In this document: positions 53,654-62,927 of the stretch, in pieces
How positions within the stretch are numbered: the first letter of the stretch is position 1
How the letters are laid out: the number at the start of each line of letters is the position of its first letter
IMG/VR virus record: IMGVR_UViG_3300006045_001036
Direction: 5' to 3' (one strand)
Length of the DNA: 64,000 bases
Source of the DNA: a virus
Taxonomy: Duplodnaviria > Caudoviricetes
Made by a program: the position numbers and the translations under genes
Notes under the pieces: model-generated
Seen by the model: only the letters and a program-made list of their open reading frames with translations
The model's database searches: none
Told to the model about the DNA's origin: nothing

Positions 53654-55693
53654 TTAGAATTTCAATTTTGAATAAGTCAATTTGCCGTTTTCATAACCGT
53701 CGATTTCTGAAGTTCCTTTAACAAAATTAATGTTTGGGTAGTGTTCATTCTCACGTGTTTCGATAAGGAGCATAAGTGAATCAGCTAACGCAGTTCGTGG
53801 ACACTCGAAAAACGTAAAAGAACGTTTCTTATCGTCACGTTTACCCAGATGTTCACAGTAGATTGCAGTGCCTCGTTGTGGGTTCTTTCGATACTTGGAT
53901 TCCACAACATATATCCGCCATATGTTAAGAGATGGAGCGGTGGTCGGTACAGTTTCTTCTTGCGGATATACTCCAACAAAATCTGCAAAGCCTTGAAATC
54001 CATTATTGCATTCATGGAATGCTGTTATCGGAACGCACTTACTGTTGACAATCACATAGTCTATGTCTTGAAAACTGGGAGAATCATCCAACTCTGTTAA
54101 TTGTCGAGTAAATTCAGTGTTGCACTTTCGACATTTGTAGAGTAAATTAGATTTTTCTTGTTTGTTGTCAAGTTCCCCTGCGTATAGTTCACCATTTTTG
54201 GGTTTGTTCTTGGGGACAGAGAGCGGTGCAATCGCTTTTGCTTCGTAATCATTGTCGTTCTCTTTAGACATATGTACAATACGTTGTACATACCGTTGCT
54301 GTCCTTTGCGAGTAACACAGAAAAGGCAACCATCGCCACCACGGGCATATAAATCAAATATCAGTTCTAAATCGGCTTTCGACACACCTCGAATAGCGGA
54401 AATATCTTCTAACAAGCTACACAATATTTCGCCTTTGTGTTCTGTTAATATTCCCTCGACAATAGCCAGCATATTTTTAACTTTGTCAGAGGCGGGTTTT
54501 TCTTCGTTTCCAGTTAGCCAATCAAGTGAAACATTGTATTCACGAGCGATTTGACAGAGAACAGCATGAGAGGGGATGCTTCGGTCTTTTTCCCAGTTTC
54601 CTACCGTAGCCTCGCTAACGCCGAAAACTTCCCCGAACTTCTTTCGAGACAGGTCGGCATCTCTACGGAGTTGTTTCATATTACGAGACAACGGTGAATC
54701 TGTCGGCATAGGGAGCGTGGACTTCCTATACATTCGGTTTTTACCTCGCCTCGGTTTATTCGAAAGCCTATCCGCCAGTATAGGGAGAAGTTTTTGTCTT
54801 GCTGATTCCTCAGATATACCGAGAAGATAATCCGCAGACACACCGAACATAGTACACAGTGCAACGAACTTTCCCAATCCAGGATTACGACCTGTTTCAT
54901 ACTGCGACACCGATTGTTTCTTTCCGCCGATATATTCACCAACTTCGGTTTGCGACAAATTGACCCGCTCTCTTTGGTTTTTCAGTCTTTCGGCAATGGT
55001 AGGAAAATCTACCTCGTGTTCAAAGAAAGTTTTGTCGTCTTTCAACCCTAATAGATAGTCGGCAGATACATTGTAGACAATCGCCATTTCGGTAACAATT
55101 TCAATCGAAGGAATCCATGTCCCGCTAATGTAGCGTTCTAAAGAAGCGTTTCCAACACTCAATCGAAAGCCGTTCAATTCTTTGCCTTTCAAGTCCTTTA
55201 TTCGCTGACCAAATATATCTGACTTTAACATAAGCACCTCCGTTTCAGAATTATCTAACAACCAATCTGCCGAGATTTTGAAATGATTACACGTGTTGAT
55301 AATCGCCACTATTTGCGGCTCAGTTGTATTTGTCTCATAATCACGAACTGTGCGTTTCTCCAACCCAAGGATTTCACCCATTTCCTGTTGGGTTAACTCA
55401 TTGTGTTCACGCAAGGCTTTCATCTTAGTAGCGAATGTCGGCGTCGGTTCATCGAATATCGGCATCCCTATATGCCGAATGCCTAACAACCAATTGAATG
55501 AAGTTTCACACATTTTGACCACGGTTCGTAAAGCTTTTACTGTTCGAGGCGGTATACCCTCTTTTTCCCATTTCGTAACAGCAGTAATGCCGAGACCGAG
55601 CTGTTGACCCCACTTTTCATAACACAACCCTTTGCGTAAAAAAGCAATACGTTCGCCGAATGCGGGAAGTCTTGTAACTTTGACTTTGCTCAT
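53654..55693 (-). CDS. Five tandem XRE-family HTH domains plus Zn-binding domain
   Basis: Five units ending SFNWLLG, SADWLLD, SADYLLG, SADYLLG, SLDWLTG; YKCRKCNTEF domain. Confidence 0.85.
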   Translation of the reverse strand: MSKVKVTRLPAFGERIAFLRKGLCYEKWGQQLGLGITAVTKWEKEGIPPRTVKALRTVVKMCETSFNWLLGIRHIGMPIFDEPTPTFATKMKALREHNELTQQEMGEILGLEKRTVRDYETNTTEPQIVAIINTCNHFKISADWLLDNSETEVLMLKSDIFGQRIKDLKGKELNGFRLSVGNASLERYISGTWIPSIEIVTEMAIVYNVSADYLLGLKDDKTFFEHEVDFPTIAERLKNQRERVNLSQTEVGEYIGGKKQSVSQYETGRNPGLGKFVALCTMFGVSADYLLGISEESARQKLLPILADRLSNKPRRGKNRMYRKSTLPMPTDSPLSRNMKQLRRDADLSRKKFGEVFGVSEATVGNWEKDRSIPSHAVLCQIAREYNVSLDWLTGNEEKPASDKVKNMLAIVEGILTEHKGEILCSLLEDISAIRGVSKADLELIFDLYARGGDGCLFCVTRKGQQRYVQRIVHMSKENDNDYEAKAIAPLSVPKNKPKNGELYAGELDNKQEKSNLLYKCRKCNTEFTRQLTELDDSPSFQDIDYVIVNSKCVPITAFHECNNGFQGFADFVGVYPQEETVPTTAPSLNIWRIYVVESKYRKNPQRGTAIYCEHLGKRDDKKRSFTFFECPRTALADSLMLLIETRENEHYPNINFVKGTSEIDGYENGKLTYSKLKF

Positions 55694-55842
55694 TAGTTCA
55701 ACTCCTTTCCCTCAATCAGCACTCCATTTACCCAGCATTTACAAGCAGGGTTAAATCGACTGACCGTCCTGTTTAATTTAATGCAGATTACTCGCTTGCG
55801 GAATTTACACCAGAAGCAAGTACGTTGCGGTTTATTGTTCAT
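55693..55842 (-). CDS. 49-aa Cys-rich protein
   Basis: MNNKPQRTCFWCKF...C...ACKCW; coupled at both ends. Confidence 0.5.
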   Translation of the reverse strand: MNNKPQRTCFWCKFRKRVICIKLNRTVSRFNPACKCWVNGVLIEGKELN

Positions 55843-56164
55843 AGCACTCCACCGTTGTATAGTTAACCCACCGAGTTAATTGAGCCAGTAGTTCGCCACA
55901 GTGAATACCGCAGTATTTGGTTTCCCATTTGGTAATAGCATGACGCAGTACTTTTGTCTCAACCCAATCGGGATTAAATACCGCTTTAGTTTCTCGTGTA
56001 ATCCACGAGCGTATTACACGTATGAGCGGTTTAGTCGTGTTGTACTCGGCATATTCAGTCGCTAAGTAATCAACGTAATTTCGCAGGTTTTTCGACGTAA
56101 GGTACTTGTGTTGACCTTCCTCGATTTCGTTGGCTTTGAACTCATTGTCATTTGTGTAATCCAT
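55832..56164 (-). CDS. Hypothetical protein
   Basis: 110 aa, AAAGGAG RBS. Confidence 0.6.
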   Translation of the reverse strand: MDYTNDNEFKANEIEEGQHKYLTSKNLRNYVDYLATEYAEYNTTKPLIRVIRSWITRETKAVFNPDWVETKVLRHAITKWETKYCGIHCGELLAQLTRWVNYTTVECYEQ

Positions 56165-56480
56165 TGAGACTTTCTCCTTTCTCCGTCAATTCCCAATCAA
56201 TTTCATCGCTGACTAATTGAAGCAATGCCAACGTTATACCTCGTTGTAGAGCGATTTCACTGGTTTCAGACGACAGCAACCCTAACTTTTTGATTACCTT
56301 CATTTTTGCTTTGATTCTTGCTTTCATCCTGTATTTCTCAATCGCTTCAAGCACTGCGATGGTAATAATTAAAAACAACATTGTCAGAAAGAATGTCAGA
56401 AGATTTGTTCGCACACTGACAACCATCTTCTCAAGCGATATTGCCAGAACAATAAGTAATACCAATTTAGCTGATTTCAT
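56148..56480 (-). CDS. Membrane protein
   Basis: Two N-terminal hydrophobic segments. Confidence 0.6.
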   Translation of the reverse strand: MKSAKLVLLIVLAISLEKMVVSVRTNLLTFFLTMLFLIITIAVLEAIEKYRMKARIKAKMKVIKKLGLLSSETSEIALQRGITLALLQLVSDEIDWELTEKGESLNGLHK

Positions 56481-56964
56481 TTACATACTCCTTTTCCACA
56501 ATAGCTACTTTCTTGAAATCCCCTCCACTTGCCGCTATTACCCGAGCTTGTTCGCCTGTCATGAGTTCGTCACCGAAAATGAGTACGTCCCATTCTCCAG
56601 GGCGGTTCCTCGTTGATTTGACGACAATATCGTGAGGGGTAAATACCTCAATCGTATATGAGCAGTAACACAGTGAACTGTTGCAAGGGTCTTCGACATC
56701 GGGGTCTAATTGTGACTCCGCCCAATAACCGTAATCACCGACATACTCCATGTCTTGAGCGTAAGCAACGTGAACAGGGTAGGTGTAATCAAGGTCAGCT
56801 CGGTCGGGCGGGTTATCCAGCATATCTTGTCGAGCCTGTTCACGCTCTGTCGGGCGAGGTTCATTAACCCCTGCGTTAAACCCTCTTTCGTAACCAATCA
56901 CACAACCTGTTATCGCTGCGAATATGATGAGAATTACCGCTCCAACTGTCGAAATCTTACTCAT
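56467..56964 (-). CDS. Membrane-anchored acidic protein
   Basis: Likely start MSKISTVGAVILIIFAAITG after AGAGGA. Confidence 0.6.
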   Translation of the reverse strand: MSKISTVGAVILIIFAAITGCVIGYERGFNAGVNEPRPTEREQARQDMLDNPPDRADLDYTYPVHVAYAQDMEYVGDYGYWAESQLDPDVEDPCNSSLCYCSYTIEVFTPHDIVVKSTRNRPGEWDVLIFGDELMTGEQARVIAASGGDFKKVAIVEKEYVNEIS

Positions 56965-57193
56965 TATTTTCCTCTCTTTCTCCGCACTGACAATTACAGC
57001 TTGGGCGGAAGTAATTAAAAACTTCTTCCCAGTCAAATTCGTCAATAAGTGCGACTATCCGTTCTCCACTTTCGATAAAAGCCTGTTGTCTTAGCTCTTG
57101 TTCTTTCTTGCGTTCGAAAGCATTCCATACAATTGCTCCGATAGCGATTACAGCGAGCAGTATTATCACTGTAATTCGAACATTGTTACTCAT
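56957..57193 (-). CDS. Membrane-anchored small protein
   Basis: Likely start MSNNVRITVIILLAVIAIG after GGAGGT. Confidence 0.6.
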   Translation of the reverse strand: MSNNVRITVIILLAVIAIGAIVWNAFERKKEQELRQQAFIESGERIVALIDEFDWEEVFNYFRPSCNCQCGEREENNE

Positions 57194-57923
57194 AACAACC
57201 TCCACACCAACATTCGGCTTTGGGGTCAAGTTGCTGCTCAAACTTACAAGGATTCATCGGAGCCATAAATCCTCCGGGAGCAGCCCACGGTATTTCACCG
57301 TCTTCTGTGCCGTAGTAACTCCGAGTGCTAAGTCGATATTCTTCTACAGTGTCTTGCCATCCTCCCCAACCGTCAACTATCCATTTCTCTTGCACCCAAT
57401 CTTCAAGGTCTTCGTCCCAAGTACACCAGAGTTCTTCAATATAACAACTTCCGAGGTCACGAATATCACGAGCAGCAAGTTGTCTCGACATTTCAATACT
57501 GCCATAATTCCAAACGCCGTCCATATCATCGTCCGCAGTTACCTTACGCCCCATTTCCTCTTTTTTGTACTCACTATCAGAGCGTTCGGCAAGTATCATG
57601 TATTGGAATCTCCATAAGTGGATTTCCCTGAATCGGTAATCGTGAGGAAGTAGTCGCAGACATTCGACAGCAAGTTCATAGTCTTCTTCGTAAGCGGCAT
57701 CCAGAGCTTTACGGTAAATGATGTCTTCCTCTTCGGTTATCGGCGGGTTGTACTCTTCCTCTTCTTCCTCCGCAGTGGTTTCGGGTGTTGCTTCAGGTTC
57801 GATTTCCGATACAAAGACCTCGTCAGTTTCCTCAATCGGTTGAGGGGCTTCAACATTGACACAGCCGACAACGGTAGTGCATAATGCAAGGACAATAATT
57901 AGTGCTAATTGTTTGATTTTCAT
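57186..57923 (-). CDS. Acidic lipoprotein
   Basis: MKIKQLALIIVLALCTTVVGC lipobox; Glu/Pro-rich linker. Confidence 0.7.
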   Translation of the reverse strand: MKIKQLALIIVLALCTTVVGCVNVEAPQPIEETDEVFVSEIEPEATPETTAEEEEEEYNPPITEEEDIIYRKALDAAYEEDYELAVECLRLLPHDYRFREIHLWRFQYMILAERSDSEYKKEEMGRKVTADDDMDGVWNYGSIEMSRQLAARDIRDLGSCYIEELWCTWDEDLEDWVQEKWIVDGWGGWQDTVEEYRLSTRSYYGTEDGEIPWAAPGGFMAPMNPCKFEQQLDPKAECWCGGCYE

Positions 57924-57991
57924 TTGTTTAGTTTCCTTTCTTAATTGAGAATACAAAAGTAATGCGGAGACCTTTAATCTCCGCAACAAGA

Positions 57992-58450
57992 CTATTTCTT
58001 TCCTTTCTTGCGGTTCTTAACCACTTTCTTGATGGCTTGCTCAAGCTTTATGTTTGTGGGAGCAGAATTGACATCACGCTCGTAGTATCTGCGACTCTCC
58101 ATCGTTGCCTCAGCTTTGCGGGTTTCGCCCAGTACGTTCTTCAGCGAATTAAGAAAAGTCTTCCCCGAGTCTGATTTAGCGAAGTTAGATAAGGCAAATG
58201 ACACTTTCATCAAGTCCTTCGCTGCTCTGCGTCGGCAGCGACATCTTGTCATTCGGGTTCCAATCTTTCTTCGCTCTGCGTCGGACGGCGGGATAACTTC
58301 GGTACACCCTTCCTTGATTCCCTCGAACTCATGTAACAGATTCTGTTGTTCAGCATCGCAATCGTTGAGTGTTTTCTTGTTCCACTCGTAGTCGGCGACA
58401 CTCTCAGATATTATTTCAATAAGTAATTCAATTTGTTCGGACAGCTTCAT
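57992..58450 (-). CDS. Coiled-coil phage protein
   Basis: NLLHEFE...RRRAAKD. Confidence 0.65.
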   Translation of the reverse strand: MKLSEQIELLIEIISESVADYEWNKKTLNDCDAEQQNLLHEFEGIKEGCTEVIPPSDAERRKIGTRMTRCRCRRRAAKDLMKVSFALSNFAKSDSGKTFLNSLKNVLGETRKAEATMESRRYYERDVNSAPTNIKLEQAIKKVVKNRKKGKK

Positions 58451-58776
58451 TAATCATCCTCCATAATCTTTATATTAAATTTCTTAGAAAAAGCGTCTAA
58501 CGCAGTCTTAATCATTTCGGATTCGCCGTACAGCATGAATACTTCCTGAGCGTTAGTTCCACGGTATATCGCTTTGATACCACCCGAAACCTTACTTACC
58601 TTAATTCGCTCTGCCGCCCCTGATAACCCATGGACGCATAGTCCGGGGCGAACCTTCACTCCGCTCTTGTGCATAAAATCGAAAAACTTTCTTGCACCTT
58701 GAATTATAGATTTGTGGTTGTCAAGTGGCTTGGCTCGCTGTTTCTGTGGTCGTTTCATGTATTGTATCCCACCCAA
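58450..58776 (-). CDS. DUF2103-like protein
   Basis: HKSIIQG...VRPG...GGIKAIYRGTNAQEVF resembles the DUF2103 pattern. Confidence 0.6.
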   Translation of the reverse strand: MGGIQYMKRPQKQRAKPLDNHKSIIQGARKFFDFMHKSGVKVRPGLCVHGLSGAAERIKVSKVSGGIKAIYRGTNAQEVFMLYGESEMIKTALDAFSKKFNIKIMEDD

Positions 58777-59024
58777 TTCTGAGCTTGTATGTTTAGGGTA
58801 TCAAATTTGAATACTTCGCCGACAACACTGTTCTGTATTGCAATTTGGCGAGTCTCCAAATTTCCACGCTGTTCTTCGCTCAGATAGCGAACCCATGCCG
58901 ATTTCTTAGTTCTCTGAACCACACGGATTTCATCGGGTTCGGCACTGCTTAGATATCCTGTTCCCAAGTAAACACCATCTTTGACAAATACTCGGGAATT
59001 CCTATATTTCTTAATCATTGTCAT
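58755..59024 (-). CDS. Hypothetical protein
   Basis: 89-aa coupled ORF. Confidence 0.55.
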   Translation of the reverse strand: MTMIKKYRNSRVFVKDGVYLGTGYLSSAEPDEIRVVQRTKKSAWVRYLSEEQRGNLETRQIAIQNSVVGEVFKFDTLNIQAQNWVGYNT

Positions 59025-59470
59025 TACACAGCCCTCGCTTTCACTTCAACTCTGTACCCGCCGTCAACCGTGGTAAACAGGGAATCCGCCCCATCTAACT
59101 TCTTTGCCTTAGCATCGTCCAATTTGAAGAGATTCTCTTTCTCAGGGTCAGCTTTGAGAGCGAGAGCGAGTAACGCTTTCATATCGTAGACTTTCTTGGA
59201 AATCGGGGTAACGGTAACACGAAGGTCGCCGAATTCACCTGCAGTAGCGTACATCTCTTCGCCCCACTCAACGTCACCTTCATTCTGGTTAATGCAGTAG
59301 TCGGTGTATTCGGCAATGAGTTCTTCTCTTGCTGTCGCAAGCATAACGGCATAATCATCTGCAAGTTTCTTGAGGTCAAGGAATTTCTTTGCCGCAGATT
59401 CAACAGCGAGTGCTCTGTCGAGTTCTTTCTCGGTTGCAAAGGTTTCGGTGATATTCATAGCAGTAGTCAT
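59024..59470 (-). CDS. Hypothetical phage protein
   Basis: 148 aa, GAGGA RBS. Confidence 0.65.
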   Translation of the reverse strand: MTTAMNITETFATEKELDRALAVESAAKKFLDLKKLADDYAVMLATAREELIAEYTDYCINQNEGDVEWGEEMYATAGEFGDLRVTVTPISKKVYDMKALLALALKADPEKENLFKLDDAKAKKLDGADSLFTTVDGGYRVEVKARAV

Positions 59471-59548
59471 AATATCCTCACTTTCATCGTTTCCGCCGAG
59501 CGGACACTTTGGTTGCTTACAAAATAGTAATGCGTTAAGTGTTATAGT

Positions 59549-60067
59549 TTAGATTACAACGGTGTACAAGATTGCCTCGGGAAACTTCGTGCCTCGGAAT
59601 ATCTGTTGAAGGTCTTCGGTCTTAATAGCTTTGGCAAAGCAACGAACTTGATAACCACGAGTTGTCTTCCAGATATAGAGGAAAGGATATTGAGCGTAAT
59701 AACCGAATTCGATTTCGCACTTCTTGTCGTTGTTGCCGTATAATTCGTGTCTCATCCAATTCTTGTTCATTGCTTTGATTTCGATTGTCTTACCGCTTGA
59801 AGTAGTGAATGCGGTATCGGAGGTTGTAGCAAGGGTAGGGGTGGTGTCGTAACAGTAGGTCGATTGATTTCCACGTTTCCCTTTGACGCACTGACCGTCC
59901 GTAACTTCGCCGTTGAAGAAATTCTGGCACTTGATTTGAAGTTCTCTGGTTACGGTTGCATGGTTGAAAGCGAGGAATTCTTTAATGGTGAACGCTCCTT
60001 CGGGAATGCTGCACAAGCCGAGAAAACCGATTGCAATGTTCTTATGATTAATTCTTATATTATCCAT
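59549..60067 (-). CDS. Hypothetical protein
   Basis: 172 aa with own leader motif. Confidence 0.65.
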   Translation of the reverse strand: MDNIRINHKNIAIGFLGLCSIPEGAFTIKEFLAFNHATVTRELQIKCQNFFNGEVTDGQCVKGKRGNQSTYCYDTTPTLATTSDTAFTTSSGKTIEIKAMNKNWMRHELYGNNDKKCEIEFGYYAQYPFLYIWKTTRGYQVRCFAKAIKTEDLQQIFRGTKFPEAILYTVVI

Positions 60068-60145
60068 TCCATTTCACCTTCTCCACTGGCTCGGGACTCT
60101 CCCTCGCTCACACTAAAGTAATGCTGCTTCTAACAAAGTTAGGAG

Positions 60146-60418
60146 TTATACTGCTGACACAATGATTTGCTTGTCATTCGCCCAGTTAGCGACTCGGTGA
60201 GCAACAGCGAGCATAGCGTTTTTAATCTCGGCAGTGTGAATTCCTGCGTAGGGAGAGAAGATTGTACGGGTTGTGGAAAAACAGCTTGTCGAGTACAATG
60301 TTCCGTCCTCGGATTTCATAAATCTGCAATATGTGTCAGCTTTAGCACAGACAAGACGGAATTCCTCGGGAGTCAAGGAAATGTTTGCAATCTTAATCTT
60401 CTTCATATCATTCTCCAA
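60146..60418 (-). CDS. Hypothetical protein
   Basis: ~85-90 aa with own leader motif. Confidence 0.6.
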   Translation of the reverse strand: MENDMKKIKIANISLTPEEFRLVCAKADTYCRFMKSEDGTLYSTSCFSTTRTIFSPYAGIHTAEIKNAMLAVAHRVANWANDKQIIVSAV

Positions 60419-60518
60419 TCTCTATTGGCGGAGGACTTCCCCCGCTCTCTACAAAAGCAATGCGAATTGTTTTATAGTTTCGTTGCATAGTTTCACCGCC
60501 CCGAAGAGCGGTGTTAAT

Positions 60519-61193
60519 TTATTGATAATACTCGTCCAGTCCGTCATCGGAGAAATCGTAGTCATCGTTATAAGCAAGTTCCATGACTTTCTTACTCCTT
60601 GTGTTTGTTCCCTTGAAAATGTCGGTACGACCTCCCGACCTTTCAGAACCACAGCGACCGCATTCGTTGTATACTCCCTTTCTTTGCCCTGCACACCACG
60701 AAGCCCCTTTAGGCTGATTCGTCCCCGCCGAATTGACTTTGTTTCCTTGCATTATCTTCATAAGAGTTACCGCCATCATATCAAAGAATGTCCAACCGTT
60801 TGGCAGAGGGAAATTCTTCAAAGCCCCTCTATTTGTCAACACTTCCAAATCACTTGCTATCTTTGTAGCAATCTTCTGTGTCATATTCTCATCGAACTTG
60901 TTTCCCGACAAATCGTCTTTATTAAAGTTCCGTGCGACAATTGCAGCAATCAAGTCCGCTCTACTGTTCTGAGGTGGTTTCGCAGTTTCCATGGAATCTT
61001 GTACTTTGGTGGAAACAGCGTCGGCAAGGTCAATAAATTCTCTTTGTTTACTTCCGTTACCGCCAAGCATATCTACATAAAAGGTAGACCCCGCTCCTTC
61101 GATATCGTTATCAATTTCGGTACTGAGCAACGGCTCCCATATCTGGGGTTTGCCAACAGAATCAATCTTTATTGAGCTTATTAATCTTATCAT
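60519..61193 (-). CDS. Hypothetical protein with MIRLISS leader
   Basis: 224 aa; leader like 20966 and 48101 genes; acidic tail. Confidence 0.65.
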   Translation of the reverse strand: MIRLISSIKIDSVGKPQIWEPLLSTEIDNDIEGAGSTFYVDMLGGNGSKQREFIDLADAVSTKVQDSMETAKPPQNSRADLIAAIVARNFNKDDLSGNKFDENMTQKIATKIASDLEVLTNRGALKNFPLPNGWTFFDMMAVTLMKIMQGNKVNSAGTNQPKGASWCAGQRKGVYNECGRCGSERSGGRTDIFKGTNTRSKKVMELAYNDDYDFSDDGLDEYYQ

Positions 61194-61506
61194 AAGGTAT
61201 ATCCTTCACTTTCATGTTGTTTACTTGATACAACTTTACAACGTATCTAACAACGGAGCGGTAATTTCCTCTCTTCTCAACAGCTTTCAAGAGTTCTCGA
61301 GCTTCGGCTGTTGTAGTGATACAACCACCTGTAACATCGTGGAGAAAATTACATTCGGCTTGAGACATTAAAGAGCCGTGTTTAAAGTGTTGGTTGGTTT
61401 CGTAAGAAAGCTGAACTATTCCACCCTTGTATCTTCTGAAGTGTTTCAGTAACTCCTTTGGAGTCCATTCTTTAGAGCCGATATATTCTTTAAGATGTTT
61501 CTTCAT
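61162..61506 (-). CDS. Hypothetical protein
   Basis: 114 aa, AAAGGAG RBS. Confidence 0.6.
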   Translation of the reverse strand: MKKHLKEYIGSKEWTPKELLKHFRRYKGGIVQLSYETNQHFKHGSLMSQAECNFLHDVTGGCITTTAEARELLKAVEKRGNYRSVVRYVVKLYQVNNMKVKDIPYDKINKLNKD

Positions 61507-61573
61507 AATAGTAATTCTCCTTTATCGTTATACAAGAGTAATGCGAAGTTGTTAACAACTTCGCACACTGTAT

Positions 61574-61849
61574 TTATTTCTTCCATCTCGCAATGACTTC
61601 GTCATACTGCCCTCTAAACAACATACCGCACTCCGAATGAAAGTTAATGTGGGTAAGCCGAAACTCAATCAGTGCCATTGCATAGTAGTCGTTTTCTTTC
61701 CGAGCTTTCTTATGTTGACGAGCTAAGGTGATTACTTGGTTATTAGTTAGTCCGTAATTACCTTTAGCACACAATTCACGCTGATTGTCTTTGTCTTCAT
61801 CTGATAAAAACTGGTAGCTGTCAAGTGTTACATACTGTTCTTTAGTCAA
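61574..61849 (-). CDS. Hypothetical protein
   Basis: 91 aa, AAAGGAG RBS, TTG start. Confidence 0.6.
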   Translation of the reverse strand: MTKEQYVTLDSYQFLSDEDKDNQRELCAKGNYGLTNNQVITLARQHKKARKENDYYAMALIEFRLTHINFHSECGMLFRGQYDEVIARWKK

Positions 61850-61861
61850 TTTGTTCTCCTT

Positions 61862-62032
61862 TCATCTTTGGTTATCTTTATACGCTCGAAGTGCTTCGGC
61901 AGCAACTTCGTAGAATCGGTTCTCAGTCATGTCGCCAACTCGGATGAATTTCTCCTGACCTCTACGTCCGCAGTTCTTCTCCGCAAACTCAATAGCGTCG
62001 AATATGTCTTTCATACTTGCACTTGGATACAT
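61862..62032 (-). CDS. 56-aa protein
   Basis: AGGAG RBS; MYPSASMKDIFDAIEFAEKNCG...YKDNQR. Confidence 0.55.
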   Translation of the reverse strand: MYPSASMKDIFDAIEFAEKNCGRRGQEKFIRVGDMTENRFYEVAAEALRAYKDNQR

Positions 62033-62046
62033 GGCGTTACTCCTAT

Positions 62047-62703
62047 CTAAAAGTTATTCTCAAAATGTTTACGGCAGTATTCTTCGACGTTGTCTTCAGA
62101 CGCTAACTCCTGAGGATACTCGTTTTCTGGCAGGATAATATTCGTGTCTAAAAGTAAGTGTCTGAGTTCGTGAATGACTGTTGTCCAGAATCCGATTTCC
62201 ACCTCTTCTTTAAACTGATAATCGTCTTCTTCATACATTTCGAGAACAGTGTGGATAATCTGGCTTGCACTAATAATGCAGACATTACGTTCCCACCAAG
62301 TAATTCCGAGAAGCCCGTCGCCGATTTCGTGAGCGTATTCATCATCGGTCAAATCTTCGAGCTTGCTTCGAAACTTATCAGTTTCGTTGTCTTTATTATC
62401 GTCCCATACGATAAACAATGCTGTCATTGTCATGAAACAGTTCGGGTCAATCTTTTCAAGCAGCGTTTTCATAACGCAGTGTTTAGTGAAAAACGGCTTG
62501 TATACTTTCGGAATAGTCGGGCTGATAAACACACGTTTTGCAAGATTACGGTATGTGTTGTGTTCACGGAAATAAAACGTTAGCTCTTTGCCGCATTCAC
62601 TGTTGTCCCAGACAGTGATACTTTTCTCATCCTCTGAAAGAATTTCGATTTCACCTTCATCCGCAAGTAGTTTTAGACTATGGATAATGCTTTGTTTGTC
62701 CAT
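62047..62703 (-). CDS. HExxH zinc metallopeptidase (zincin; ImmA/IrrE-like)
   Basis: TTVIHELRH plus downstream EDNVEEY. Confidence 0.65.
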   Translation of the reverse strand: MDKQSIIHSLKLLADEGEIEILSEDEKSITVWDNSECGKELTFYFREHNTYRNLAKRVFISPTIPKVYKPFFTKHCVMKTLLEKIDPNCFMTMTALFIVWDDNKDNETDKFRSKLEDLTDDEYAHEIGDGLLGITWWERNVCIISASQIIHTVLEMYEEDDYQFKEEVEIGFWTTVIHELRHLLLDTNIILPENEYPQELASEDNVEEYCRKHFENNF

Positions 62704-62720
62704 TATGGTATTCCTCCAAC

Positions 62721-62924
62721 CTAAGCCAACGGATGGTTAGCGGTTTCTTTCAATTGCTTGATAGCTTTCTTAATCCGCTCCGCACTCTCTGCACTCTGTC
62801 CTGTGATTACAGGCGACCGATGCCGAGCTTCCCGCCATTTAACAGCGTCTTCGAGGACGGACTCGATGTCTTCGCCGAGTTCGTTGCACATAGCTTTCAG
62901 TATGTTGTATTTCAAATCATTCAT
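62721..62924 (-). CDS. Hypothetical protein
   Basis: 67 aa. Confidence 0.5.
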   Translation of the reverse strand: MNDLKYNILKAMCNELGEDIESVLEDAVKWREARHRSPVITGQSAESAERIKKAIKQLKETANHPLA

Positions 62925-62927
62925 GCT

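Noticed and set aside
55777-55784. Additional GCATT promoter motif
   Set aside because: Falls inside a 49-aa coding region and deviates from consensus
60273-61175. 300-aa plus-strand ORF
   Set aside because: Antisense shadow of well-supported minus-strand genes; no RBS; non-protein-like composition
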